64,000 bases of DNA, taken from assembly GCA_964597145.1 (NCBI GenBank), contig CAZQWH010000001.1, positions 15,696 through 79,695 on the forward strand. Direction: 5' to 3'. Origin of the DNA: an uncultured Candidatus Saccharibacteria bacterium. GTDB lineage: Bacteria > Patescibacteriota > CAZHWT01. The notes under the pieces are model-generated. The model had not been told where the DNA came from, searched no databases, and saw only the letters and a list, made by a program, of their open reading frames with translations. Made by a program: the position numbers and the translations under genes. Positions 1 to 9,896 of this stretch are shown piece after piece (position 1 is the stretch's first letter; each line of letters begins with the position of its first letter).

Positions 1-979
1 CCAAGTTGCCCGACTCTAGGGCGGTAGAAGTACGCTGACTAGCCATCTGAATCGATGACAAACTAACCAGCCCACATACCACTACTACTAATCCTAACCA
101 CGGCCAAAGCCGCCGGTAGGGTATACGCCAAGCCCAGGGTAAGAGAGTAACACCAGCCGCAACTAACCCAATCCAGCCCGACCTGGAGTAGGTATACCAG
201 AGTGCCGCATACCCCAAGGTAAGGCCAAGCCAAGCCACAAACTGTAAGTATTTCTGAGCCGAAACAACCAACAGCCCTAGACTTAGCGGAATAGAAGTAA
301 GGAGGTAGGCTGCCAGCCAGTTAGGCTGCCCAAACGTCGCAAACACCCGGGCCTGAACATCTTGGACCCAACAGTCGGCATTCAACTCGCCTCGCAGTAG
401 CCAGCAACTTGGGCTAAAACCAAAATGCTCAGCCACCGCCCAGGCCGAAATCACAATCGAACTCATCACCCAACTCCATACCAACTTAGCCGTGCGTTGC
501 CTCCGACTGTCAGGGGGTAGTAAGTAAATAAGAGCCAGGTAAAACAACACCACGTACGCCGCCAACGAAGCTAAGCCGCCATGAAAGCGGGAGTAGTACC
601 CCATGATCGAGGTGTAAAGGTCTATGCTCAAAATAGTCGACACCACCAAAACTAGGCTATATATAACTAAAGGGCGACTCAAGGGATGTACCGCAATAGT
701 GAGTTTAGATTGGGTCAGGCTTTTGCCAAAAAGTAGACCCAGGCCCAGTATCGCCAGAAAATAAACCCAGACCATTTTGGGAAATTCGAACAACTCGTGG
801 CTTAACGGACTGAACAGGAGTGGGGTTACGGCGATGGATAGAAGCAAGACCGTTTCTATGCCTTGGTCTAGCCAGCTAAAGTGGTGGGCTAGCACAGGTG
901 TAGAATTGGTCGGCGAGGGAGTAAGTTGAGATGGTCTGGTAGACTTTGGCGTATTCATTGACGATAATCCTTGACTCAT
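1..979 (-). CDS. O-antigen ligase (Wzy_C)-like polytopic membrane protein, truncated by the window edge
   Basis: Not in the ORF track. Manual translation from ATG at 979 (or 958): ...TPLLFSPLSHELFEFPKM...YTSIMGYYSRFHGGLAS...DVQARVFATFGQPNWLAAYL. Many hydrophobic segments and an R-x-x-x-x-F-G-x-P-N motif typical of O-antigen ligase-like proteins. Confidence 0.75.
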   Translation of the reverse strand, partial: MSQGLSSMNTPKSTRPSQLTPSPTNSTPVLAHHFSWLDQGIETVLLLSIAVTPLLFSPLSHELFEFPKMVWVYFLAILGLGLLFGKSLTQSKLTIAVHPLSRPLVIYSLVLVVSTILSIDLYTSIMGYYSRFHGGLASLAAYVVLFYLALIYLLPPDSRRQRTAKLVWSWVMSSIVISAWAVAEHFGFSPSCWLLRGELNADCWVQDVQARVFATFGQPNWLAAYLLTSIPLSLGLLVVSAQKYLQFVAWLGLTLGYAALWYTYSRSGWIGLVAAGVTLLPWAWRIPYRRLWPWLGLVVVVCGLVSLSSIQMASQRTSTALESGNL

Positions 980-1000
980 TGTACTATGTTGACTGAAGTT

Positions 1001-1172
1001 CAATCGATGCATTGGTCCGCTTCTTACCGTAAGGCCCACCTATCCGTGCTCCTGCTTGCTTAAATACAGCTCGCATGTCGGATTTTGGTCATCCGTGGGC
1101 CGAAGAAGGCATTATTCTAGGTCGAAATGCGTAAAGCCAAAATACCTAAATAACATCCAGGCGCATCCATTG
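1001..1172. ncRNA. Candidate structured non-coding RNA between divergent genes, family unassigned
   Basis: Nested complementary segments CAATCGATGC/GCATCCATTG, CTTCTT/AAGAAG, GGCCCAC/GTGGGCC and ATCCG/CGGAT, plus a side hairpin TAGGT/ACCTA. TTGACG-18-TACTAT at 958-987 could drive + strand transcription. Confidence 0.35.
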
Positions 1173-1211
1173 TCTCTCTCTAACTATGTCAGATAACATA
1201 GGAGTCCACTC

Positions 1212-1757
1212 TTGCCACTGTCCCGCTCTTTATTGACTCTAGTTGACGAAGCAATTATTCCGGCACTTATTATTTTTGGGGCCAAACTCATTGGCCTGGT
1301 CGTCGCTAATTTTTGGTATGATCTTTCTTGGGATGTCGGGAGCGGCCAATCGTCATTTTTCCCGCTGTTAGTCTACCGCTCCGAAGAAGCGTTTTTGCAA
1401 GCTAATACCTTGTCTAATATTTTTGTATTAAGCGTCATTTTACTCGGGCTCCTCTGGGTGCTCATCCGTGCTCATGCCTTTCATGGCTCACATATATCAC
1501 CCAAGCTATCGGTTTCTCTCGTCCAAAAACAATTAACCGGCTTGGTTATCCATAGCTGGGAGCTATACCACCAGGCCGTAATTTGGCTAGCCTACTTATG
1601 GTTGGGCCTTATCCTATTTACCATTCAAGCGATTTATGGGGTAAGTGAATGGTGGCTCTCCATAGTTGGCCTCATTATAGCGCTGATTTTTAGCTGGTTA
1701 TTAATTGTTGATGTTGAGAAAGAAATTGCGATTCGTCGTGAACATGAAAATAGGTAA
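1212..1757 (+). CDS. Hypothetical membrane protein with about 4 TM segments
   Basis: 181-aa ORF, TTG start with AGGAG at 1200-1204, hydrophobic segments. Confidence 0.7.
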   Translation: MPLSRSLLTLVDEAIIPALIIFGAKLIGLVVANFWYDLSWDVGSGQSSFFPLLVYRSEEAFLQANTLSNIFVLSVILLGLLWVLIRAHAFHGSHISPKLSVSLVQKQLTGLVIHSWELYHQAVIWLAYLWLGLILFTIQAIYGVSEWWLSIVGLIIALIFSWLLIVDVEKEIAIRREHENR

Positions 1758-1769
1758 TGAATTGGGTAT

Positions 1770-2561
1770 ATGAAATCTAAACTTGCTGCCGTCGTTTTAA
1801 ATAGTGGATTACTAATTGTCGTTGTCGTCTTACTGTCGGCACCACTACTAATGGGACAATTGCTCGGTGAGTTTGAAAGTGGAGCTCTGGGCATAACCAC
1901 CACCAGTCCATCTACCGCTAATTCAGCAACAACTACCGCTGCCAATGGCATCGCTGTCTATCCCAATCTCACCGATTTTACCCAATACGCGGCTTTTGCC
2001 GACCAACCAGAGTCTGGCCCAAACACCTACCAAACAGCAGTAACTTTTACCGCGTTTGCTGGCCAGCAAGCAGCCTACAATTCGTTATTCACAGTCTATA
2101 ATACCAGCAATAAAGCACTGTCAGTTTCAGTTGAGGGAGGAAAGCTAAGCGCCCCTCTGCCGGGGTCGCAGGTTTGGCTGAGCATCATTCCCGATGGTGG
2201 CATAGCTTCTACCTTAGTCACCGAAGCCGCCAAAGCAGGTAGTACTCAGATCCGGCTAGCTCAGACTGCTGGGTTTAAACATGGCAAAATAGTTGCGAAT
2301 GACCAAATATTGAGTGTAGACACCACTTTACCTACCGCAGTTACGCTCGTTTCGCCTCTCAAATCTGAATTGGATGTAGGCCAGCGGGTTTATTTTGGTC
2401 CAGTGTATTACAGCCAATCAGTTACTGCCTCTCCAAGTAGCTCCCACACCATTCAATTGCAACCTCAGCAAAAAGCCACCATTAATTTAGCTGTTGCAAC
2501 TGTTGCCGGCCAAACAGCCACCAGCCAGTCGGTGATACCGATTATAATTCGCGCCCAATAA
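1770..2561 (+). CDS. Hypothetical membrane-anchored or secreted beta-rich protein
   Basis: N-terminal TM helix, Thr/Ser/Ala linker, alternating beta-strand pattern. Confidence 0.65.
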   Translation: MKSKLAAVVLNSGLLIVVVVLLSAPLLMGQLLGEFESGALGITTTSPSTANSATTTAANGIAVYPNLTDFTQYAAFADQPESGPNTYQTAVTFTAFAGQQAAYNSLFTVYNTSNKALSVSVEGGKLSAPLPGSQVWLSIIPDGGIASTLVTEAAKAGSTQIRLAQTAGFKHGKIVANDQILSVDTTLPTAVTLVSPLKSELDVGQRVYFGPVYYSQSVTASPSSSHTIQLQPQQKATINLAVATVAGQTATSQSVIPIIIRAQ

Positions 2562-2673
2562 GTTTTCGTCATACACATAAAGTCTGCCAAGTTCTCGATA
2601 GTAGCAGCCACACGTTTGTTTTATTGCCCTATAGTTGTTATAATTCTCAGAAATAACCCAGTCAGTATTTTTA

Positions 2674-4431
2674 ATGGAAGATAACCTGCCCACCACTTCC
2701 AATACCATTCTCTCTCAACCTGGCTCAGTTTCGGATCTGGGCTGGGAGAGAAGGCATACAAGCGCGGTAGCGTTACCGCCCCTGTTTTTCCCAGAAGGAG
2801 ACGAGACAGTGGATACGGAACAGTTCCCACTTCCAGTCCATGCACTCTTTGACAACTTACTTGGCTTAGTGACTCCGGCAGGTGTTGTCGCTTCGCGCGA
2901 CCCCAATTATGGGGCAGGAGTCTTTAGTCGTGACTTCTTCCTCGAGGTCTTAGACATCGATCCGTGGATGCCGAGCTTTATTACCAAAGGTCTTTACCAC
3001 GCCGCCAGTTATATCGCCCGAACTAAAGACGAACTGTCCGAAGCTCGAGGCTTTGGCCATCCGGCCCATGAAGTCCGCTTCGAATATCTCGGCCCAGCTC
3101 GAGTCAATCAGGCCAATCGCGAAATTATCCAGAAATTAGGCCCTCAGTGGTATGGGCATGATGATGAGTTGTTCTATTACGGGGCAGCCGACGTCATCCC
3201 TCAGTTTGTACGAGTTGCACTCAAACACGTCCAAACACACCACGACAAAATTCTGCAGCAAGAGATTCGCCATATCCATGCGCCAGCCGATCCCACCAAA
3301 TGCGTGGCGGGCAAGGATACGTATCTGCTTCGCGATATCGTGCTGGCCAATGTTCGGCTACTGGTCGAACAAATCCAAGAATCATCGTCGGGATTGTACG
3401 AGTTCTATCGCACCAATCCTGTAGGGCACAAGTGGAAGGTTATGCGCGATGGTGCACTGTCGCTCATGCATCCCGATGGTACGTTGGCTAATACCAATGA
3501 CCGCATTGCGACCGTTGAGCTTCAAGGCTTAGCCTACGATGCGCTAAAGTTGGCATCCAACTTCTTTGCTGCCGAATTGCCGAAAGAATCAGCAGTCTGG
3601 CAAGAATTAGCCCGCCAATTGCAACGTGCCACAATGGATAGGCTCTGGATTGAGGTTGGTGGTAACGAGGGCTACTTCGCCCTTGGCCTAGACCACAATC
3701 CGGTGACTGGAGAACTACGCCAGATCCAGACCGACAGCTCCGCTCAGTTCGAGTTGTTGGAGACCACCATCTTCGACGACCTACCAGAGAGCGAGCAGGT
3801 CTACCGTATTGGCAATCTAATGCGGCGACAGCGCTCGGCAGAATTCCTAGCTGCGCCGGGGTTGCTGATGACCTCGAAGATTCACCGTCGGGCCATGCCT
3901 CCTGGGTATACCGACTATCAATGGGACGAAACTGCCTGGGGCGTGACGAACCATATCGTGGCACGGGGTAACGATTACCAGGGGTTTAGCCCTTTGGGAA
4001 CCGACCTGCGTAACCGCCAGGTGAATGCCTGTGCCGTCGCCGGTAAGGTGCGGGAATACTTCTATGTCATCGACGATATAACGTACTACCGTTACCGAGG
4101 GCTAGAGGAAGGTGAGCAAGCCAGTGTCAAGCGGCCGGTGATAGTAGCCACTAACCAGCCCGAAGGCGGGCAGGGTTTTACCTTGAGTGGATTGTTGCGG
4201 GCCTACTTTATGCGGGTTAATCCTGTTGAGTTGCCTCAAGCACCACAGGCACAAGCGCCGTGGCGACAGGAGCTGCTGGAGCAATTGTTGCGCAAACAAC
4301 CGGTGATGGAATTGCTGAGCAAAGAGGCGGCTGACCTAATCCATCATCATTCGCCAATTGCCGCAATTGATACCGATCGAGGCAGACAGATTGTTGACGA
4401 ATTGTTAGAACAGGCTGGATACTCAGTCTAA
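2674..4431 (+). CDS. Amylo-alpha-1,6-glucosidase / glycogen debranching enzyme-like (alpha/alpha)6 glycoside hydrolase
   Basis: FSRD, YYGAADVIPQF and VELQGLAYDAL resemble the FGRD, YYGSVDATPLF and EVQGYAY motifs of GDE_C-type proteins. Confidence 0.7.
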   Translation: MEDNLPTTSNTILSQPGSVSDLGWERRHTSAVALPPLFFPEGDETVDTEQFPLPVHALFDNLLGLVTPAGVVASRDPNYGAGVFSRDFFLEVLDIDPWMPSFITKGLYHAASYIARTKDELSEARGFGHPAHEVRFEYLGPARVNQANREIIQKLGPQWYGHDDELFYYGAADVIPQFVRVALKHVQTHHDKILQQEIRHIHAPADPTKCVAGKDTYLLRDIVLANVRLLVEQIQESSSGLYEFYRTNPVGHKWKVMRDGALSLMHPDGTLANTNDRIATVELQGLAYDALKLASNFFAAELPKESAVWQELARQLQRATMDRLWIEVGGNEGYFALGLDHNPVTGELRQIQTDSSAQFELLETTIFDDLPESEQVYRIGNLMRRQRSAEFLAAPGLLMTSKIHRRAMPPGYTDYQWDETAWGVTNHIVARGNDYQGFSPLGTDLRNRQVNACAVAGKVREYFYVIDDITYYRYRGLEEGEQASVKRPVIVATNQPEGGQGFTLSGLLRAYFMRVNPVELPQAPQAQAPWRQELLEQLLRKQPVMELLSKEAADLIHHHSPIAAIDTDRGRQIVDELLEQAGYSV

Positions 4432-4470
4432 CCTAGTAAGTTGAAGCTAGGTAATGGATGAGAAACAGCC

Positions 4471-4504
4471 AATGGCACTACAAAGCTATTTGTAGTGCCA
4501 TTTT
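4471..4504. terminator. Hairpin terminator between convergent genes
   Basis: AATGGCACTACAAA-gcta-TTTGTAGTGCCATT followed by a T-run. Confidence 0.7.
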
Positions 4505-4552
4505 CACTGTTAAATCCACTTGTTATCTATAGTTAAAATGGCCAGAAAGGGT

Positions 4553-5434
4553 TTAGAGGGATTGCAAAAAGTTGCCTAAATCTTTTGGCGCATTAACAAA
4601 CGTCAACAATTCATGACCATACACGTATCCTAAAACCGTATTTCTCTCAGGTCCATCCGGGCCCACTAAAACTCTGTACCGGGCTTCCATGTTAAGCATA
4701 TCAACGTCATTAATGGCATTGCCAGCGACCAGCAGGTTGCGTTCGTATATGCCAAAATATTTACACATATAATCAATCGCCCGCGCCTTGGTTACCTCGC
4801 GCTTTATATATTCAATATAACCATCCTGAAAGATAGTCTTAATTGAGCCGCCAGTAAAGTTAAGGCTCAAATTTTCAACATGAATAAAATCTTTAAGTTT
4901 AAGCGTCACATTGCTCACGGTTGTGGCTAAAAGTCGCTCCTTAACCTCAATCAATGAGCCGCTAAAGACCTCTGCGTACCAGCCACGCTGTTTGCGGGTC
5001 AATTCAACATCGCTTGGCTCTGGGCACCAGATCTGGGATTTATCTTTAAGATCAGGCGGGTTAAAAGCCAGGAATTGCACCATATCAACATTAAGTCCAG
5101 TAAATTCAATCAGCTTATCAATATCTGCCTTGTTAAACTGTGACTCAACCACCACCTCACCATTCTTTTTAACAATTTTTGCACCATGCTCAACCGAAAT
5201 AAGCGCATCATCGCTCACCACTTCGTCAAAACATTCACCTAATTTTTCTCGCACCCGCACATACGGTCTTCCAGTAGAAATTGTAGTAATAACGTCATAC
5301 TTACGCAAATGCGCTATTCCTTTACGAACTTCAGGCGGAGGACTCTTAGCTCCCCGAGGGATAATGGTGCCGTCAATATCAAAAACCGCTAGTTGGGGTG
5401 GATGAAGATCCGAGGGATTTTTTTTGGTGGACAT
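4553..5434 (-). CDS. HAD-IIB (Cof-like) hydrolase
   Basis: Motif I FDIDGT, motif II STGR, and motif III/IV K...AGNAINDVDML. Confidence 0.85.
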   Translation of the reverse strand: MSTKKNPSDLHPPQLAVFDIDGTIIPRGAKSPPPEVRKGIAHLRKYDVITTISTGRPYVRVREKLGECFDEVVSDDALISVEHGAKIVKKNGEVVVESQFNKADIDKLIEFTGLNVDMVQFLAFNPPDLKDKSQIWCPEPSDVELTRKQRGWYAEVFSGSLIEVKERLLATTVSNVTLKLKDFIHVENLSLNFTGGSIKTIFQDGYIEYIKREVTKARAIDYMCKYFGIYERNLLVAGNAINDVDMLNMEARYRVLVGPDGPERNTVLGYVYGHELLTFVNAPKDLGNFLQSL

Positions 5435-5612
5435 ACCTATCGATAGTAGCAGGTTGAATTTTACGCTGTCAATTTTCTGTCTGAGAAATACCTCGCTAAC
5501 CGGTTATAATACAGAGAAGGATAGGCTCGGTAGCATAGCCAATTTTTTATAGCAGCTGCTTTGAGGCCATCAATCGCAAGGCACTCCTTTAGCCTCCTGC
5601 TATAATACAGCC

Positions 5613-6536
5613 ATGCGTGTGCTGTATTTTCTTCTTGTTTCTCTCCGTCCGCGCCAATGGCTTAAAAATAGTGTCATATTTACGGCGCTGTTTTTAGGTG
5701 GATGGCTGTTTGATTTAGACCGGTTACAAGCAGTTTGGATGACATTTATTGTCTTTTGTTTGGCTGCTAGCGGCATGTATTTAATAAACGATGTTTTAGA
5801 CAGACATCGCGACCGGCTGCATCCCACCAAAAAAAAGCGACCCATTGCCTCGGGCACATTACCCATCTCGGTAGCCATCGTCACTTCGGTCCTATTATTG
5901 GCTATCTCGGTAGCCTTAGCCTGGGACATCCATCGCACCTTATTGGCCATGTTGGGTGGCTATGTCTTTTTACAAATTGCCTACAGTCTATTTTTTAAGC
6001 ACACCATTATTATAGATGCACTCTTAATCGCCTTAGGGTTTGTGATTAGAGTGTATGCTGGCGCATTTGTAATAGCCGAACCACTCTCTGCTTGGCTGCT
6101 CCTGTCGGTTGCTGCTGGCGCCTGGTTCTTGGCCCTTGGTAAACGCCGGAGCGAGCTAACCCTGATGGGGCATCGGGTAGCCAGCGAACACCGTTCCACC
6201 TTACTCCATTATCCAGAAATTTTGCTCGACAGTCTCACCACTATGTCTGCCACAGCCACGGTCGTATTTTTCTGCATGTACACTTTTTTGAGCGGCAAGC
6301 AGGGCTTAAGCTTTTTAGCAGCCTTTCTACCTTCCACTCTCGAAGCACCAAAAATTCTCATGCTGACCATCCCATTTGTGCTGTATGGCGTGGCTAGATA
6401 CTTATACATAATTTATGAAAAGAAAGAGGCCGATTCACCCGAAGTGGCCTTACTTCGTGACATCCCCTTGCTTGTCGATGTCTTGCTCTTAATCGGCTTA
6501 ACCTATCTCATAATTTATGGGATCGGTACAGTATAG
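5613..6536 (+). CDS. UbiA prenyltransferase family, decaprenyl-phosphate phosphoribosyltransferase-like
   Basis: LRPRQWLKN, YLINDVLDRHRDRLHPTKKKRPIASG and KRRSEL motifs, with multiple TMs. Confidence 0.88.
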   Translation: MRVLYFLLVSLRPRQWLKNSVIFTALFLGGWLFDLDRLQAVWMTFIVFCLAASGMYLINDVLDRHRDRLHPTKKKRPIASGTLPISVAIVTSVLLLAISVALAWDIHRTLLAMLGGYVFLQIAYSLFFKHTIIIDALLIALGFVIRVYAGAFVIAEPLSAWLLLSVAAGAWFLALGKRRSELTLMGHRVASEHRSTLLHYPEILLDSLTTMSATATVVFFCMYTFLSGKQGLSFLAAFLPSTLEAPKILMLTIPFVLYGVARYLYIIYEKKEADSPEVALLRDIPLLVDVLLLIGLTYLIIYGIGTV

Positions 6537-6539
6537 ATC

Positions 6540-6974
6540 ATGTTAAACTCCGTCCACGTTATCGCCGCCGCCGCCATTGTTGTGGCCATACCTAACCCCG
6601 CGGCTTCTCTGCCACTAGCTTTTGCTAGCCATATTGCCCTAGATACTATTCCCCATTGGAACTGGAGTCCCGGTAAATCACCAGCCGGTAAAGCGGCTTC
6701 GGTAGCCGATGGGGTGGTGGCACTTATAATAATTGGATTATTGTACGGGTACCTAGAATATAATTGGGTGATGCTTGCCGCTGGGCTATTAGCCATGCTT
6801 CCAGATATCATTCAAGCCCCCTACCATTTCTGGAATTGGCAACCACATTGGCTGCAGGTATTTATAGATTGGGAAAGTAAGCGCCAAAAATGGCCCTGGA
6901 TGCAACCCTGGATGGGCATAATGACCCAAGCGGTAGTGGTAATTGCTGCTGGGTTGATCTTATTGTCAATCTAA
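6540..6974 (+). CDS. Membrane protein with His/Asp motifs, putative metal-dependent hydrolase
   Basis: N-terminal His, SHIALDTIPHW and LPD motifs; starts 3 bp after the ubiA-like gene. Confidence 0.6.
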   Translation: MLNSVHVIAAAAIVVAIPNPAASLPLAFASHIALDTIPHWNWSPGKSPAGKAASVADGVVALIIIGLLYGYLEYNWVMLAAGLLAMLPDIIQAPYHFWNWQPHWLQVFIDWESKRQKWPWMQPWMGIMTQAVVVIAAGLILLSI

Positions 6975-7106
6975 AAAATAAGATGTGAGAAATAGCCCAG
7001 ATTAAGCTATAGCCAGTTTTTATGGCCAGCGCCTCCAAAAATAGCGGTCACAAGCAGGTTAACTTAGTGCTCTGGCCTTAGGGGTTAACTAAAGCCAGAG
7101 TCGTGC

Positions 7107-7412
7107 TCATTTTGTCTTGTCTAGATGCCGCTCGTAGTAGTTGTGTAGTCGCTTGGAGGTAACCATGATAAAAACAATGAGGCTGGCGATGACATAGGTG
7201 GTGTACCCGATGGCAAGAAGTATGTCTCCCCAAGTCGGATAGTCAGATGCTATGCCCAATACCGATACGCCGATAAAAAGGATGCCAGCCAAGGTATATA
7301 ATTTGATAGCCAGGTTAGCATTGCGTTCAATCTCGAACCAATCGAAGAATGCCTCCATCGCCTTGACCAGCCAATCCGTTGCCACCACAACAAGGTCTCT
7401 TTTAGGTTCCAT
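7107..7412 (-). CDS. Hypothetical 2-TM orphan protein
   Basis: 101-aa ORF with its own promoter (TTGACA at 7483-7478, 17 bp, TAGTAT). Confidence 0.6.
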   Translation of the reverse strand: MEPKRDLVVVATDWLVKAMEAFFDWFEIERNANLAIKLYTLAGILFIGVSVLGIASDYPTWGDILLAIGYTTYVIASLIVFIMVTSKRLHNYYERHLDKTK

Positions 7413-7504
7413 GCCAAACTCTCTTTCTACGTCTCTCTCTGATACGGTGGGTGGATACTATAGTATCCAAATCGAAGTGTCAAATGGTGTTGTGGCGTGT
7501 AAGT

Positions 7505-8596
7505 CTAGGAAGTAATCCGGCTTTTCTGGCGGGCGATAAGATACGATACAGTGAGGAAGGTAGCCACAATCACCACGCCAATAATCACAAAGGCGTAAAT
7601 CTTTTGTTTGCCTGAAAAAGCCAGGGCTAAGATGCCAAAGATGCCCGTTACCATCCAGTAGATTAAGACTATTTGCCGTTTAGACAAACCAAAATCGAGC
7701 AATTTATGATAAAGGTGGCTGCGGTCACCCCAAATTGGCAATTTACCTTGGGCCAACCGGCGGATAACGGTAATAATTCCATCAATCGTGGGAATACCCA
7801 ACACTAAAATAGCCGCAGCTAGTTTGGCTCCAGACAACATCGAGAGCGTTGCCAATAATAGCCCTAAAAATGACGAGGCACCATATCCAGGCAATTGTCT
7901 CTCCGGAGGAAAGTTGAACGGCAAAAATCCTAAGGCGCAACCAGCTAAAATAAAACACAGGGTAGCGGTGGTGTATTGCATGGGATTGCCGGCCGTAAAT
8001 TGCAACGCCACACCAGCTAAGGTAAAGGCCGCAATAGCCGAGATACCAGACAGTTGCCCTCCAATGCCTTTAGACCAATTGAGCGAGTTAATTAACCACA
8101 TAATCCACAGCAAAGCCAAACCATCAGCCAGGGGATGAATGGTAAACATCCAGCCTCCAGCCTCCAACTTCCAACTAAGTTGGTTTAAATAAATCAACCA
8201 GTTCTTATCGGTAACTGCCGCGAAAGGGTTGGTCACCCAGGGAATAGTAATCCCAGCCAAAATAATAATTACAGCCGAAATACCCAATGTGCCCAATCGA
8301 ACAATCGGATGAATGCTGCGCTTATCATCCATAGTCCCAACCAGCACGTTTAACCCAGCCGCCACAAGTATAGCCCACAATTGTGGCGTCATTGGCACCA
8401 ATAAAACGGACCCAATCACGAACGCCATATACATCGCAATCCCGCCTCCGCGCGGTAACGGCTTCGATTGCAAGACCCCTGGATGATCTGGCTTAGCGTA
8501 ATCGATTAAGTCAAAGTGCCGAGCCAAGCCTAGGGCGATGGGGGTAAAGAGCACCGTCAGGCCAAAAGCAAGCAGGGTGGCAAATGCATATTCCAT
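7505..8596 (-). CDS. Undecaprenyl-phosphate GlcNAc-1-phosphate transferase (WecA/TagO/MraY family, Glycos_transf_4)
   Basis: PRGGGIA, GTMDD, NSLNWSKG, FLPFNF and GDRSHLYH motifs. True start is probably MEYAF at 8596, not 8731. Confidence 0.88.
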   Translation of the reverse strand: MEYAFATLLAFGLTVLFTPIALGLARHFDLIDYAKPDHPGVLQSKPLPRGGGIAMYMAFVIGSVLLVPMTPQLWAILVAAGLNVLVGTMDDKRSIHPIVRLGTLGISAVIIILAGITIPWVTNPFAAVTDKNWLIYLNQLSWKLEAGGWMFTIHPLADGLALLWIMWLINSLNWSKGIGGQLSGISAIAAFTLAGVALQFTAGNPMQYTTATLCFILAGCALGFLPFNFPPERQLPGYGASSFLGLLLATLSMLSGAKLAAAILVLGIPTIDGIITVIRRLAQGKLPIWGDRSHLYHKLLDFGLSKRQIVLIYWMVTGIFGILALAFSGKQKIYAFVIIGVVIVATFLTVSYLIARQKSRITS

Positions 8597-8752
8597 AGAC
8601 TTTAAGTATAGCAGGCATAGAATAGAAATTGAGGGTAAAGCCTGCCAATAATTACCCCCAGCCCCAAAGCCAACCTCAAGCTCACCCCACCCACTCCATC
8701 TCAACCACCGTATCCGAGAATACCCAAACAAAACAATTCATCACAAATTTTA

Positions 8753-8823
8753 AATCAAGCAACCTAGGTTCAAACACATTTAACCTCGGGGGTTAAACAG
8801 CTTTGAACCTAGGTTGCTTGATT
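8753..8823. repeat. Orphan REP/REPIN-like palindrome related to the RAYT ends
   Basis: Perfect 22-bp inverted repeat AATCAAGCAACCTAGGTTCAAA enclosing TTAACCTCGGGGGTTAA. The same motifs flank the RAYT at 27847-27882 and 28687-28729. Confidence 0.85.
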
Positions 8824-8957
8824 GAGTTGAAATGGATAAGAATCCGAGGTTGCCTGGGAGGAGATAGTCAAGCAGCCAGCATTATTCATAATGGTGTTTA
8901 ATGAGCTATAGTGTAAGATGAGGGAGGGTTGAATGCACCAATTGAGAGGAGTACGTA

Positions 8958-9845
8958 ATGAAGATTAAAAAAGCGGTTATTCCTGCCGCTGGCATGGGGA
9001 CTCGATTCTTGCCTGCTACCAAATCGATGCCTAAAGAAATGTTGCCCGTATTAGATAAGCCGGTAATTCAATATGTGGTAGAAGATGCGGTTAGCGCTGG
9101 GGTGGAAGACGTCGTTATTGTAACCGGTTGGCACAAGCGGGCGATTGAAGACCACTTTGACTATCCGTTTGAATTATTAGAACGGTTAAAAGAAGCGGGA
9201 AAGCTAGATCAGCGCGAGGAATTAATGAAGATTGCTAACCTAGCCAATTTTATTTATCTGCGCCAAAAAGGCCACTTAGGCAATGCCACACCTATTCTAA
9301 ACGCCGCGCCGATTATGGGCGATGAGCCATTCCTGTGCCTGTGGGCCGATGATTTCTTTGTGGCCAGTCCAACGCGATCACAACAGCTCGTAACTGCGTA
9401 CCAAGAGTTTAAAACCCCCATCCTTTCCGCCATTCAAACCGACAACCCAGAAGATACGAAAAAGTATGCTTTTGTGGGCGGCGATGAAGTTCGACCTGGA
9501 GTAGTAAAAGTCCGGGAAATTGTCGAAAAGCCGGGGCCAAATCATAAACTCAGCAATCTTGGCATTGTCTCAGGCTATGTGTTTACCCCAGATTTTGTTC
9601 ACCATATGAGTGCGATTAAACCAACCAAAGGTCAGGAGCTAGTCTATGTTGAAGGGTTACAAAGCATGCTAGATGCCGGACTGCCTATCTATGCTATTCA
9701 AATTACCAATGGTCGGTATTATGACTGCGGAAATAAATTAGAGTATCTAAAAGCCAATATTGAACTAGGCCTAAACCGAAAAGACTTTAGCAGTGAGTTG
9801 CGGGAATATTTAACTGGACTAAAAATAAAAAACGCTACTAAATAA
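8958..9845 (+). CDS. galU: UTP--glucose-1-phosphate uridylyltransferase
   Basis: KAVIPAAGMGTRFLPATKSMPKEMLPVLDKP signature, VEKP and YYDCG. Confidence 0.92.
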   Translation: MKIKKAVIPAAGMGTRFLPATKSMPKEMLPVLDKPVIQYVVEDAVSAGVEDVVIVTGWHKRAIEDHFDYPFELLERLKEAGKLDQREELMKIANLANFIYLRQKGHLGNATPILNAAPIMGDEPFLCLWADDFFVASPTRSQQLVTAYQEFKTPILSAIQTDNPEDTKKYAFVGGDEVRPGVVKVREIVEKPGPNHKLSNLGIVSGYVFTPDFVHHMSAIKPTKGQELVYVEGLQSMLDAGLPIYAIQITNGRYYDCGNKLEYLKANIELGLNRKDFSSELREYLTGLKIKNATK

Positions 9846-9850
9846 GAATT

Positions 9851-9880
9851 GAGCCCCAAAGTGTAAACACTTTGGGGCTC
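9851..9880. terminator. Hairpin terminator between convergent genes
   Basis: GAGCCCCAAAGTG-taaa-CACTTTGGGGCTC. Confidence 0.7.
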
Positions 9881-9896
9881 TACTGTAACCGCCAAA

